Source of the DNA: Eledone cirrhosa
Lineage: Eukaryota
Length of the DNA: 64,000 bases
Reading direction: 5' to 3'
NCBI GenBank assembly: GCA_964016885.1
Contig: OZ024742.1
Location: forward strand, 76,136,001 to 76,200,000
Of the stretch, positions 52,485 to 64,000 are shown one piece after another. Positions within the stretch are counted from its first letter, which is position 1, and every line of letters starts with the position of its first letter. The translations under genes and the position numbers were made by a program. The notes under the pieces were generated by a model. The model worked only from the letters and a program-made list of their open reading frames with translations. It had not been told where the DNA came from and made no database searches.

Positions 52485-53530
52485 TAAACGGGAGGAAGAA
52501 TGAGTCTAGTTCCTGAATTCGGTGAACATAAGTTCTGTGAAATCGTAGACAAGAGAGAACTTATATTCATAGATTTCTGGGACATATGTTCACCGAATTC
52601 AGAGACTAGACTCCTTCTTCCTCCCGTTTGACCTGTGCCAAATTCTTTCCTTGCTCACATTTCGACTAGGTTTGATGGTCTTTATTCTCTCTCGTCCACG
52701 ATTTCACAGAACTTATATTCATAGATTTCTGGGACTTGATTCCTTCTTCCTCACTTTTCGTTGCATTACCATCTTTGATTATTTACAGTCTCGCTCATTC
52801 CCCTTAATTACGTGTCTCAATGACTTTCTTTAGCCGTTGCTCGCACCAACCGGAGGTATATGGTCTTTAAAGCGATGAAATACCAATGAAGGTTGGAAGA
52901 TCACTGATGAAGGACTAAATTTATTCACATGTAACCCATCTGCAACCACGCAGCACATCTTGTTTTCATAGTCACACATATTTTCCTCCGCTGTGACCCG
53001 TCTTTTTCATTCTTACAGCTTCCTCTTTCTCTGTATCTCTCACTTCCCTTTACCCCCTCTAACAGTCACTCTCTCTGTTAGCCTCTTCCTCACCCTTCTC
53101 TCACTCACTCTCTGCTACTCCCTCTCCTACTTCCTCCCGTTTGACCTGTGCGAAATTCTTTCCCCACGCACACTTTGACCAGGTTGGCTGTCCCCTTTTT
53201 TCTCTCTTGTCTACGATTTCACAGAACTTATGTTCACCGAATTCAGGGACTAGACTGCTTCCTCACGTTTGACCTGTGCGAAATTATTTCCTTGCTCACA
53301 TTTCGGCTAGGTTTGATAGTCTTTATTCTCTCTCGTCCACGATTTCACAGAACTTATACTCATAGATTTCTGGGACTTGACTCCTTCTTCCTCACTTTTC
53401 GTAGCATTACCATCTTTGATTATTTACAGTCTCGCTCATTCCCCTTAATTACGTGTCTCAATGACTTTCTTTAGCCGTTGCTCGCACCAACCGGAGGTAT
53501 ATGGTCTTTAAAGCGATGAAGTACCAATAT
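52485..53530. repeat. Tandem (~640-bp offset) plus short inverted element (family N) with an incomplete hammerhead half
   Basis: 52595-52887 is repeated at 53230-53527, and 52487-52560 is inverted. CTGATGAAGGAC at 52904 has no GAAA partner. Confidence 0.65.
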
Positions 53531-53543
53531 ATATATATATATA

Positions 53544-53583
<40 letters not shown>

Positions 53584-53586
<3 letters not shown>

Positions 53587-54648
53587 CAATACACTGTATG
53601 CTTAATTAAAAGCATTTCGAAGACGTTAAGCTATTGTTTTAAAATAGTCACAGTCTCACTTACTTTACATTTTCAGCAAACAGGGCAGATAAACCTTACA
53701 GAGCTCTGTTCGGTACTTGTTGGTACATATCGAAGCTAAGTACTCCACCTGTTTGCTGAAAATCAGGAATGTTTGATTCTTATAGCATTCTAGTAATAAT
53801 CAGGAACTGATTATACAGAGCGGTTGACGGTCAAGCAGAAATTGAAAATTAGAATTGGTGCTCTGAAATAACGATATATATATTTATGAATGTATATATA
53901 GTGTATTTTGCAATACACTGTATGCTTAATTAAAAGCATTTCGAAGACCTTACGCTATTGTTTTAGAGTAGTGACAGTCTCACTTACTTTAAATTTTCAT
54001 TAAATAGGGGAGATAAAGCTGACAGAGCTCTGTTTCGTACTTGTTGGTACTTATCAAAGCTAAGTATTGCACCTGTTTGCTGAACATCATGAATTTTGAT
54101 TTTTATAGAATTCTAGTAATAATGAGGAACTGATTATACAGAGAGGTTGCCGGTCAAGCAGAAAAAATGTTTGCTGAAAATTTAAAGTAAGTGAGACTTT
54201 CACTACTCTAAAACAATAGCGTAAGGTTTTCGAAATGCTTTTAATTAAGCATACAGTGTATTGCAAAATACACTATATTTACATTCATATATATATCACT
54301 ATTTCAGAGCACCAATTCTAATTTTTTTAATGTCTGCTTGACCGGCAACGGCTCTGTATAAAGAGTTCCTGCTTATTACTAAAATTCTCTAAGAATCAAC
54401 ATTCATGATTTTCAGCAAACAGGTGGAGTACTTAGCTTTGATAAGTACCAACATATACGAAAGAGAGCTCTGTCAGCTTTATCTCCCCTATTTGCTGAAA
54501 ATTTAAAGTAAGTGAGACTGTCACTACTCTAAAACGATAGCGTAAGGCCTTCGAAATGCTTTTAATGAAGCATACAGTATATTGCAAAATACACTATATA
54601 TACATTCATATATATATCGCTATTTCAGAGCACCAATTCTAATTTATA
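53584..54648. mobile_element. Family J: tandem ~324-bp units plus inverted units in (TA)n
   Basis: GCAATACACTGTATGC at 53586 and 53910, inverted copies at 54168-54648. An end fragment also occurs at about 13040-13072. Confidence 0.85.
54017..54061 (-). ncRNA. Type-I hammerhead with U3-A8 core variant, family J
   Basis: Reverse complement reads AGCT TTGATAA GTAC-CAACAA-GTAC GAAA CAGAGCTCTG TC AGCT. Mutated copies at about 53694-53737 (-) and 54434-54478 (+). Confidence 0.8.
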
Positions 54649-54676
54649 TATATATGCACTCACATATATATATATA

Positions 54677-56608
54677 TACAAAATTAAGATAAATTAAATG
54701 AATTTAATCCAAATCGAAATTGTGGGTGTCATGTCATAACGCCATGCGCCATATCGCCGGGGAATAAGCTCAAAGATATATCCGAGCATTTTATAATAAC
54801 TAGAAATTGATTACCTTATAAATATACATGAATAATCACAGGAGATAATTTTTACACGCGTGTAACCACGCATAGTTAGTTTGGGTAATAATTAAATTTA
54901 TACCTTTCAGAATGATTAACCTTCCTTGTATATATCCCATTAAAGAAATATATTTCACCAATTAATCAGATGGTAAGTCACGGAAAGTGGATATTATTGG
55001 ATTGTCAACAAGGAAGAATAATAATGTCCAGCTATCCATCCTCACACGACAAGTTCAAATCCTCATCTGGCCGCTACCACGTGTTGCGTCTACACATGAC
55101 AGCAGCTTCGTTTCAGTGGCGTGAATAGGTATTCGACAACTAGAAATAGCAGTCAAATTCTTTTCAACAGAAATAACACTACAATTAAGGAGCCGTATAT
55201 ATATATCTATATCCAAAATTAAGATAAATTAAATGAATTTAATCCAAATCGAAATTGTGGGTGTCATGTCATAACGGCATGCGCAATATCGCCTGGGAAT
55301 AAGCTCAAAGATATATCCGAGCATTTTATAATAACTAGAAATTGAGTAACATATAAATATACATGAATAATCACAGGAGATAATTTTTACACGCGTGTAA
55401 CCACGCATAGCTAGTTTGGGTAATAATTAAATTCATACCTTTAAGTATGATTAACCTTCCTTGTATATATCCCATTAAAGAAATATATTTCACCAATTAA
55501 TTGAAGAGAATTTGACTGCTATTTCTAGTTGTCGAATACCTGTTCACGCCACTGAAACGAAGCTGGATTTGAGCTTATTCCCAGGCGATATGGCGCATGC
55601 CGTTATGACATGACCCCCACAATTTCGATTTGGATTAAATTCATTTAATTTATCTTAACTTTGGATATAGATAGATATATATATACGGCTCTTTAATTGT
55701 AGAGCTATTTCTGTTGAAGAGAATTTGACTGCTATTTCTACTTGTCGAATACCTATTCACGCCACTAAAACGACGCTGCTGTCATGTGTAGACGCAACAC
55801 GTGGTAGCGACCAGATGAGGATTTGAACTCGTTGTGTGAGGATGGATAGCTGGACATTATTATACTTCCTTGTTGACAATTCAATAATATCCACTTTCCG
55901 TGACTTGCCATCTGATTAATTGCCGAAATATATTTCTTTAATGGAATATATACAATATATACTTAAAGGTATAAATTTAATTATTACCCAAACTAGCTAT
56001 GCGTGGTTACACGCGTGTAAAAATTATCTCCTATTATTATTCATGAATATTTATATGTTACTCAATTTCTAGTTATTATAAAATGCTCGGATATATCTTT
56101 GAGCTTATTCCCAGGCGATATGGCGCATGGCGTTATGACATGCCACCCACAATTTCGATTTGGACTAAATTCATTTAATTTATCTTAATTTTGGATATAG
56201 ATATATATACATACGGCTCCTTAATTGTAGAGCTATTTCTGTTGAAGAGAATTTGACTGCTATTTCTAGTTGTCGAATAACTATTCACGCCACTAAAACG
56301 AAGCTGCTGTCATGTGTAGATGCAACACGTGATAGCGGCCAGATGAGGATTTGAACTCGTTGTGTGAGGATGGATAGCTGGACATTATTATACTTCCTTG
56401 TTGACAATTCAATACTATCCACTTTCCGTGACTTGCCATCTGATTAATTGCTCAAATATATTTCTTTAATCGAATATATACAAGGAAGGTTAATCATACT
56501 TAAAGGTATAAATTTAATTATTACCCAAACTAGCTATGCGTGGTTACACGCGTGTAAACATTATCTCCTATGATTATTCATGTATATTTATATGTTAATC
56601 AATTCTAG

Positions 56609-56612
<4 letters not shown>
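54677..56612. mobile_element. Family L array: ~535-bp units, about 1.5 in one orientation and about 2 inverted
   Basis: CAAAATTAAGATAAATTAAATG at 54679 and 55214. The orientation switches at about 55500. Flanked by (TA)n. Confidence 0.85.
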
Positions 56613-56661
<49 letters not shown>

Positions 56662-56782
56662 AAGTTTTATTTAAATTATTGGGTTACAACGAGTAAATAT
56701 TTAGAACTGATATAAAAGCACTCAACAAGTATTTGGAGTATATTTACGATATTAAATAAATGGAAACTATATTTATAAAACC

Positions 56783-56859
56783 ATATTTATTTCATTATAT
56801 ATATTTCAGGGTTATCATATTAAAAATATGGTATGCCTTCATCAGACAAAATACAATAT
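56783..56859 (-). ncRNA. Hammerhead ribozyme in the left pseudo-LTR arm
   Basis: Reverse complement of 62281-62357. Confidence 0.8.
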
Positions 56860-58161
56860 AAACAGTCTTATAAATAGATAGATTTGACATACCTTACACT
56901 TCAACTTCCATTTAAAAAGTTGATTTGGTAGTGAAAAATGTTAGGGACAGTTATAGAGAAAAAAGAAAGAAAGAAAGAAAGAAAGCGAAGAAAAAGAAGA
57001 AATGCATGCAACGAAAAACAGAGAGAGATAGATATAGAGAGATAGATAGAGAGAGAAAAAGAGGGAGATAGATAGAGAGAGAGAGAGAGAGAAAAGAGAG
57101 AGAGAGAGAAAAAAAATAGAGAGAGATAGATATAGATAGAGATAGAGAGAGAAAAATAGGTAGTTGGGCACCAGTTGAATGACGTATCAATGATATATTT
57201 ATTTATTTATTTAGTTCTAGTATTAAGGTAGAGAGAGATATATGTGGTTAGGAGAGAAAACAGCCGTTACATAGAGAGAAAAGAAAAATATCCAGAGATA
57301 AACGAGGCAGATTTAAAACATTATGTTTCATCAATCTAAAATATCAATTCGTATGAATTAGGTATTATAATGTAAATATCAGTATTCATGAATGAGACAC
57401 GTATCAATAATGTGTGAAAAATAATGATCATATGTCTAGTTTAAAATTCCTAGGTTTATAATCAGAACTGAGGTAAAAACTTTAAAAAAAAAAAAAAATT
57501 GAAATACATAAGTATATATGCACTTTCATGAAAAAAGAAAAAGAAAATAGAAGGTTAGCCCAGATTCGATACTAAAGACATCCATGTGAATTTACGTGAT
57601 CAACTCTGCAAATTCCTATTTCACATGAAAACATTCTCATTGTGCTATAAACATTCTAGTATACATATATGTGTACATACACACAAATATATATAGAGTC
57701 TACATTAATTTTGACAATAATATTCTTGTCTTTACTCTACATGATTATCGTTCAAGCATAAAATAGACAACAGATATCAATATATCAATAAACATATTAA
57801 AAATATTAAAAAATAAAACACAGTATGCCCCGCAAATCAAACACAGAAATCCACCCTTCAAATTTATTTGACAATATATTGCCAAGTTCAATTATAAGCA
57901 TCAGAATCAAAAGCAAACAAAACCAAAATTATTCACCAAATCCTGTCTAGCAGAAATCATTCCAAAAGTTTAGGATACCCATTTGATCTACAGATGGTCT
58001 TATATTTATTATAGAAGTTTATCTAGTGTAAAATGTATTCGATATATTTGGAGCATCATCTTTTAGGGTAGTTTAATTATTCATGAAGAATGTTTAAAAA
58101 AAAAAAATCGAAAGATTTATCGGCGAGTTTCATAAATAATTACAAATCATAAGTAAATATA

Positions 58162-58804
58162 CTACATTTTAAATTTATATTTATATTTAAAAGTTGAGTT
58201 CAATCTATGTCTGCAGCAACTGAATAAATTTGTCCGTAAATTAAGGGAATTTTTAGATTTTAGTATAAAGAATATCTCCTCCGCGCAGAGGTCACATGTC
58301 TCAGAAGATGAATTAAAAGGAATCCCTCTTGAGACTATATTCCAAGCTGTCGAATATCCAACGTTATCATGCTTAAGTTGCCAGAGTAAGCCTGATAGTG
58401 ATGTTGAGGATTTTTTGCTTGGATCTGTGAAAGAATTCTTGTGGTTATTATAGCGAAGTTTAAATTCTGTCGAGGTGGAACCAACATAGTTAAAAGAATT
58501 TAAGTCCGTTTTAACATTACAGTTGTATATTATATTTTTAACTAAGCAATTGTTATTTAACGGACATTTAGATCTATCTCTACAGTTACATTTGTTTACT
58601 TGGATATTATTTAGGCTATTATCGGTATTTTGGCTAGGTTTTAAATTCCTATTATATATTCTATTAATATTTTGTGCTAAATTTTTGGTGGATGAGTAAG
58701 TTAATTTTATAGTATGTCTATTGAAAATTGAGTGATACTTATGTGTTCTAGGGAAGCGATTATCAAGAGCATTAAAAAATAGTTTAGCGATGTGGGTTTT
58801 AATG
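58162..58804 (-). pseudogene. Inverted duplicate of the GIY-YIG C-terminal coding region
   Basis: The translation is nearly identical to the last ~210 aa of ORF 58792-60807. Confidence 0.9.
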
Positions 58805-60807
58805 AAAACGATATAATTTCTATCACACAAGGAGTCAAATTCAAGAGAAACTTCAAAGGCCAGGAATATCTGAAAGGCATTAAGGATAATATTGAGAGCT
58901 TAGAGAGAACTGAGAATATCTTGATGAAATCTGACAAGACCAACAACCTCTATGGAGTGCAAAAAGACATGTATAATGGCCTCATACTGAAAGAACTGAG
59001 GAAAAAGTACAAGGTAGCAGATAAGGCCGAACTTGAGAAAATGAATGTTGAGGCATCTTGTATAATGCATGAGTTGGAAATTGAGAACAAAACACAACCT
59101 TTCGTGCCCAGGAAACCCAAGATCAATATGAAAGATCACAAAAGAAATTTTGAAAATGACCTGCCAGTCAGATTTATTGCACCATCAAAATCTGACCTCG
59201 GTAAACTTAGCAAAAACATTCTAGACAGGGTGATACGGCAAATTGAAAACTTGAATTGTTTACCTAACTTGAGCTTGTCGAAGGGAACTGGAGAGGTTGA
59301 TGAGTGGTTTAAAGAAATTAAATATAACAATAATAATAAATTTATTCAACTAGATATTGCTAACTATTATTCATCTATTACCCCTAATCTACTAAATAAG
59401 GCACTAAATTACGCATTCAAACATAAAGACCTAACTAGCAATGAAATGCACATTATATTATCGGCTAGGAAAACATTGATAGAATTTAATAACCAACTAT
59501 GGACCAGAGCAGATAGAGATAACAATTTCGACATTTCTATGGGATCATCCGACTCAGCTCAGGTAACGGGCCTTGTGGGTCTATTTATAATTAATTCGAT
59601 GCATAGGAAAATACCCGGTGTTACCGGAGGATTATATAGAGATGACATGCTTTTACTTATTGAAAATAATAACTCTGAACTAAATAGAAAAAGAAAACAA
59701 ATTACACAATTTTTTAATTACTTTAATCTAAAAATAGAAATTGAGAATAACCATAGAATAGTCAATTTCCTAGATGTAACATTAAATCTCAACACATGTC
59801 TTCACTATCCATTTCACAAGTTGAATGAAAACTTAAACTATGTCAGTTTTAACTCTAACCACCCAAGATCTGTTAAAAATTCTATAGTGAACTCTGTTCA
59901 AAAACGTATCTCTAGAATCTCATCTAATAAAAACATTTTCGACGAAAAAGCCCAGTATTACAATGAAGCGTTAGCTAGAGCAGCATATAGTGATAGAATT
60001 ATGTACATAGATAATAATAGACAAACTAACCAAAATAACAACAATTTTAATTACGGCAACAACTTTAACAACTATAATAGAAAGCATTACAATAATTCCA
60101 AAAGCCAAAAAAGAAATAGAACTAGAAATATAATATGGTTTGCCCCCCCCCCCTTCTCACTAAACATTAAAACCCACATCGCTAAACTATTTTTTAATGC
60201 TCTTGATAATCGCTTCCCTAGAACACATAAGTATCACTCAATTTTCAATAGACATACTATAAAATTAACTTACTCATCCACCAAAAATTTAGCACAAAAT
60301 ATTAATAGAATAAATAATAGGAATTTAAAACCTAGCCAAAATACCGATAATAGCCTAAATAATATCCAAGTAAACAAATGTAACTGTAGAGATAGATCTA
60401 AATGTCCATTAAATAACAATTGCTTAGTTAAAAATATAATATACAACTGTAATGTTAAAACGGACTTAAATTCTTTTAACTATGTTGGTTCCACCTCGAC
60501 AGATTTTAAACTTCGCTATAATAACCACAAGAATTCTTTCACAGATCCAAGCAAAAAATCCTCAACATCACTATCAGGCTTACTCTGGCAACTTAATCAT
60601 GATAGCGTTGGATATTCGACGGCTTGGAATATAGTCTCAAGAGGGATTCCTTTTAATTCATCTTCTGAGACATGTGACCTCTGCGCAGAGGAGATATTCT
60701 TTATACTAAAATCTAAAAATTCCATTAATTTACGGACAAATTTATTCAGTTGCTGCAGACATAGATTGAACTCAACTTTTAAATATAAATATAAATTTAA
60801 AATGTAG
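58792..60807 (+). CDS. Penelope-like reverse transcriptase + C-terminal GIY-YIG endonuclease (Naiad-like); open frame, 5'-truncated at the inversion junction
   Basis: KSDKTNNLY, LDIANYYSSI, ISMGS, GLYRDDML and VNFLDVTLNL. The endonuclease region reads CNCR...CPL..NCL.KNIIY...YVGST..FKLRYNNH and C.LC.EE...LN/IN.R....CCRH. Confidence 0.9.
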   Translation: MGFNENDIISITQGVKFKRNFKGQEYLKGIKDNIESLERTENILMKSDKTNNLYGVQKDMYNGLILKELRKKYKVADKAELEKMNVEASCIMHELEIENKTQPFVPRKPKINMKDHKRNFENDLPVRFIAPSKSDLGKLSKNILDRVIRQIENLNCLPNLSLSKGTGEVDEWFKEIKYNNNNKFIQLDIANYYSSITPNLLNKALNYAFKHKDLTSNEMHIILSARKTLIEFNNQLWTRADRDNNFDISMGSSDSAQVTGLVGLFIINSMHRKIPGVTGGLYRDDMLLLIENNNSELNRKRKQITQFFNYFNLKIEIENNHRIVNFLDVTLNLNTCLHYPFHKLNENLNYVSFNSNHPRSVKNSIVNSVQKRISRISSNKNIFDEKAQYYNEALARAAYSDRIMYIDNNRQTNQNNNNFNYGNNFNNYNRKHYNNSKSQKRNRTRNIIWFAPPPFSLNIKTHIAKLFFNALDNRFPRTHKYHSIFNRHTIKLTYSSTKNLAQNINRINNRNLKPSQNTDNSLNNIQVNKCNCRDRSKCPLNNNCLVKNIIYNCNVKTDLNSFNYVGSTSTDFKLRYNNHKNSFTDPSKKSSTSLSGLLWQLNHDSVGYSTAWNIVSRGIPFNSSSETCDLCAEEIFFILKSKNSINLRTNLFSCCRHRLNSTFKYKYKFKM

Positions 60808-61573
60808 TATATTTACTTATGATTTGTAATTATTTATGAAACTCGCCGATAAATCTTTCGATTTCTTTTTTTTAAACATTCTTCATGAATAATTAAACTA
60901 CCCTAAAAGATGATGCTCCAAATATATCGAATACATTTTACACTAGATAAACTTCTATAATAAATATAAGACCATCTGTAGATCAAATGGGTATCCTAAA
61001 CTTTTGGAATGATTTCTGCTAGACAGGATTTGGTGAATAATTTTGGTTTTGTTTGCTTTTGATTCTGATGCTTATAATTGAACTTGGCAATATATTGTCA
61101 AATAAATTTGAAGGGTGGATTTCTGTGTTTGATTTGCGGGGCATACTGTGTTTTATTTTTTAATATTTTTAATATGTTTATTGATATATTGATATCTGTT
61201 GTCTATTTTATGCTTGAACGATAATCATGTAGAGTAAAGACAAGAATATTATTGTTAAAATTAATGTAGACTCTATATATATTTGTGTGTATGTACACAT
61301 ATATGTATACTAGAATGTTAATAGCACAATGAGAATGTTTTCATGTGAAATAGGAATTTGCAGAGTTGATCACGTAAATTCACATGGATGTCTATAGTAT
61401 CGAATCTGGGCTAACCTTCTATTTTCTTTTTCTTTTTTCATGAAAGTGCATATATACTTATGTATTTCAATTTTTTTTTTTTTTGAAGTTTTTACCTCAG
61501 TTCTGATTATAAACCTAGGAATTTTAAACTAGACATATGATCATTATTTTTCACACATTATTGATACGTGTCT

Positions 61574-61684
61574 GAGTTCAAATCCCGCCGAGGTTGACTT
61601 TGCCTTTCATCCTTACGGGATCGATAAAATAAAGTACCAGTAATGCACTGGGTAATTGCTGGCCTTGTGCCTAAAGTAGAAACA
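61574..61684 (+). mobile_element. 5'-truncated SINE inserted in the right pseudo-LTR arm only
   Basis: TSD ATTATTGATA(C/G)GTGTCT at 61557-61573 and 61685-61701. The left arm shows the empty site at about 57395-57411. Confidence 0.9.
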
Positions 61685-62280
61685 ATTATTGATAGGTGTC
61701 TCATTCATGAATACTGATATTTACATTATAATATCTAATTCATACGAATTGATATTTTAGATTGATGAAACATAATGTTTTAAATCTGCCTCGTTTATCT
61801 CTGGATATTTTTCTTTTCTCTCTATGTAACGGCTGTTTTCTCTCCTAATCACATATATATCTCTCTACCTTAATACTAGAACTAAATAAATAAATAAATA
61901 TATCATTGACACGTCATTCAACTGGTGCCCAACTACCTATTTTTCTCTCTCTATCTCTATCTATATCTCTCTCTCTCTATTTTTTTTCTCTCTCTCTCTC
62001 TTTTCTCTCTCTCTCTCTCTCTATCTATCTCCCTCTTTTTCTCTCTCTATCTATCTCTCTCTGTGTTTTCTTTACATGAATTTCTTCTCTCTATCTATCT
62101 CTCTATATCTATCTCTCTCTGTTTTTCGTTGCATGCATTTCTTCTTTTTCTTCGCTTTCTTTCTTTCTTTCTTTTTTTTTTCTCTATAACTGTCCCTAAC
62201 ATTTTTCACTACCAAATCAACGTTTTAAATGGAAGTTGAAGTGTAAGGTATGTCAGATCTATCTATTTATGAGACTGTTT

Positions 62281-62357
62281 ATATTGTATTTTGTCTGATG
62301 AAGGCATACCATATTTTTAATATGATAACCCTGAAATATATATAATGAAATAAATAT
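62281..62357 (+). ncRNA. Minimal type-I hammerhead ribozyme in the Penelope-like pseudo-LTR
   Basis: ATATT-G-TATTTTGT CTGATGA AGG..CATATT-TTT-AATATG..CCT GAAA TATATA TA ATGAAATA-AATAT; predicted cleavage after A62344. Confidence 0.8.
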
Positions 62358-62392
62358 GGTTTTATAAATATAGTTTCCATTTATTTAATATC

Positions 62393-62426
<34 letters not shown>

Positions 62427-62428
<2 letters not shown>

Positions 62429-62782
62429 ATAATAATAAAATTGAAGACTAAAATCCAAAGAGGGCTCGATAAGGAAAATATATATCAAATATATAAGAAC
62501 CGTAGAGCAAATATTTATTAAAATAACAGATTAAAGTTTAAGCAAAGAATCGCTGCTTTCACCCTTAACGGGATATTCTGAAACTAACAATGTCAATCTG
62601 TAAACGCAGAACTGGATATTTCAAAAAACGTTCACGAACCAAAGTATCGTCTTCCTGTCTTCCTCCGGTTGCAACGTTTTTTTGAAATATCCAGTTCTGC
62701 GTTTACAGATTGACTTTGTTAGTTTCAGAAGATCCCGTTAAGGGTGAAAGCAGCGGTTCTTTGCTTAAACTTTAATCTGTTA

Positions 62783-62790
<8 letters not shown>
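62427..62790. mobile_element. Family F palindromic insertion (hammerhead-like motifs at 62721-62771 plus and about 62535-62585 minus)
   Basis: AGTTT CAGAAGA T-CCC-GTTAA-GGG-T GAAA GCA...TGC TT AAACT. Inverted arms and (TA)n flanks. Confidence 0.85.
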
Positions 62791-62878
<88 letters not shown>

Positions 62879-63659
62879 TATACAATAAAATATGTCCATA
62901 GAATCATTTGATAAAATATATACATTATTTCTTCTCCCAATCAGCATAATCAACCACACAAAAAAACAATTAAACAATTCTATGAGATTAAAAGACACCT
63001 ATGAAGAAATAATAGATAAATAAACGACAGCTATAGAAAATATACCCACCATTTTTAATAGCACGTGGAAATTGATTAAATATATCTCAACCATACACAA
63101 TTAGGTGTAAAATCAAAGTTACAAGAACAAATGTATATAAACATACCAAAATTATTTTTCTACCCCACGGAGTTTCATTCGCTTTTTGGAAATATCCGAT
63201 CAAGGATAAATTAACGAGCTTCGAAATCACGAGGAAACAAACTCACTTGGACGAAGATTTTTCTTAAATGATCCCCGCCAGAAACGAATTCAAAAAAGTC
63301 AGAAAGAATGTGATTGGTGGCTTGCGGCGAGTGGGCTGGTTGCTAGAAAACGCAGCCTAATATTGCCTACATTTCATCTCAACCATATGGGAAATTATCA
63401 AATATATAGATTTACATATACATAAACTAGACAAAGACATATATATATATGTAAATATCTATAAGTCGTTTGGAAGCCTCGACAAACCAAATGGGTAAAT
63501 CTCCGGGTAACAAGGTCCGGTGGTGGAGAGAGAGATGTAAGTGGGTGTACGTTGAGATGCGTGGTGTGTATAATATGTGTGAGATGTGTAGAATGAAGGG
63601 AAGAGTAAAAGGATAAAAATAATAATAACAACACGAGAGAGAGAGTTACCTTGGGAAGG

Positions 63660-63900
63660 ATTTAATTGTCCCTATATATTTCGGATTCACATCCATCAAC
63701 TGGGGTTTTTTTCCGGGGTGGGGGAAAAGGTTGTCTGTCGGACAAGTCCGGAAGGCGTCTTTCGCTGTTTGCTGATTTGAATATCCGAGGTATTCGGCAG
63801 AGCGCGCGTGCGCGTGAAATGGGGTCGGTCGTACAGAGGTCAGCGGCCGAATGAGGGAGTGGGATGGCGCTAGCTGTCAGTCCATTCTCTGCCTGTTTGT
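63660..63900. promoter_or_regulatory. CpG-rich unique segment; possible host promoter or first exon
   Basis: Locally high GC and CpG content, a CCGGAAG (ETS-like) motif and ATGGCG. Not repeated elsewhere in the window. Confidence 0.3.
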
Positions 63901-64000
63901 TAGATGTTACTGTGTGTGCGTGTGTTGTTGTCCCGCTTGAGTGTGTGTGTGTGTGTGTGTGCGTGTGTTGTTGCCTTGTTCATCTGTATTGGCAGTGTAG

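Larger units (their letters stand above)
56658..62396 (+). mobile_element. Penelope-like element with ~2.1-kb inverted pseudo-LTR arms, inserted in (TA)n
   Basis: 56745-58804 is a near-identical reverse complement of 60165-62394. The left arm has an extra tail of about 85 nt, and (TA)n lies on both sides. Confidence 0.92.

Noticed and set aside
52900-52925. CTGATGAAGGAC as a complete hammerhead
   Set aside because: No downstream stem-II partner or GAAA; only a half motif is present.
55905-55945. Hammerhead-like CTGATTA...GAAATATATTTC in family L
   Set aside because: It breaks the 3-8 pair, has no proper stem II or adjacent stem I, and is not conserved in the 11350 copy.
58792-60900. Selenoprotein-type Naiad (in-frame UGA plus SECIS)
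   Set aside because: The visible ORF has no in-frame TGA and ends in TAG, and I could not identify a convincing SECIS by eye.

Overview
AT-rich, repeat-saturated animal DNA. The (TA)n, (CA)n and (AAT)n microsatellites and the repeat types suggest a mollusc or cephalopod, but that is inference only. I recognise no host protein-coding gene; a CpG-rich segment at the far right end may be a promoter or first exon. The window holds two Helitrons, several Tx1/L1, RTE, CR1-like and R4/Dong-type LINE remnants, six copies of a tRNA-derived SINE and a piggyBac-type MITE. It also holds a Penelope-like element (open RT + GIY-YIG ORF, Naiad-like) with about 2.1-kb inverted pseudo-LTR arms. The main hidden signal is non-coding. 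About ten unrelated short element families (roughly 0.2-0.9 kb) sit in (TA)n tracts as tandem and/or inverted copies, and each carries a minimal type-I hammerhead ribozyme fold, as does the Penelope-like element itself. These include a compensatory stem-I change, a U3-A8 core variant, a family-wide U4A variant, and hammerheads whose stem II is expanded into a two-hairpin junction. Several families also share a 3' ACTC...GAGTRC motif with the coding element. Together this looks like a set of retrozyme-like, non-autonomous Penelope satellites and a possible helper. All RNA folds were paired by eye; activity is untested.
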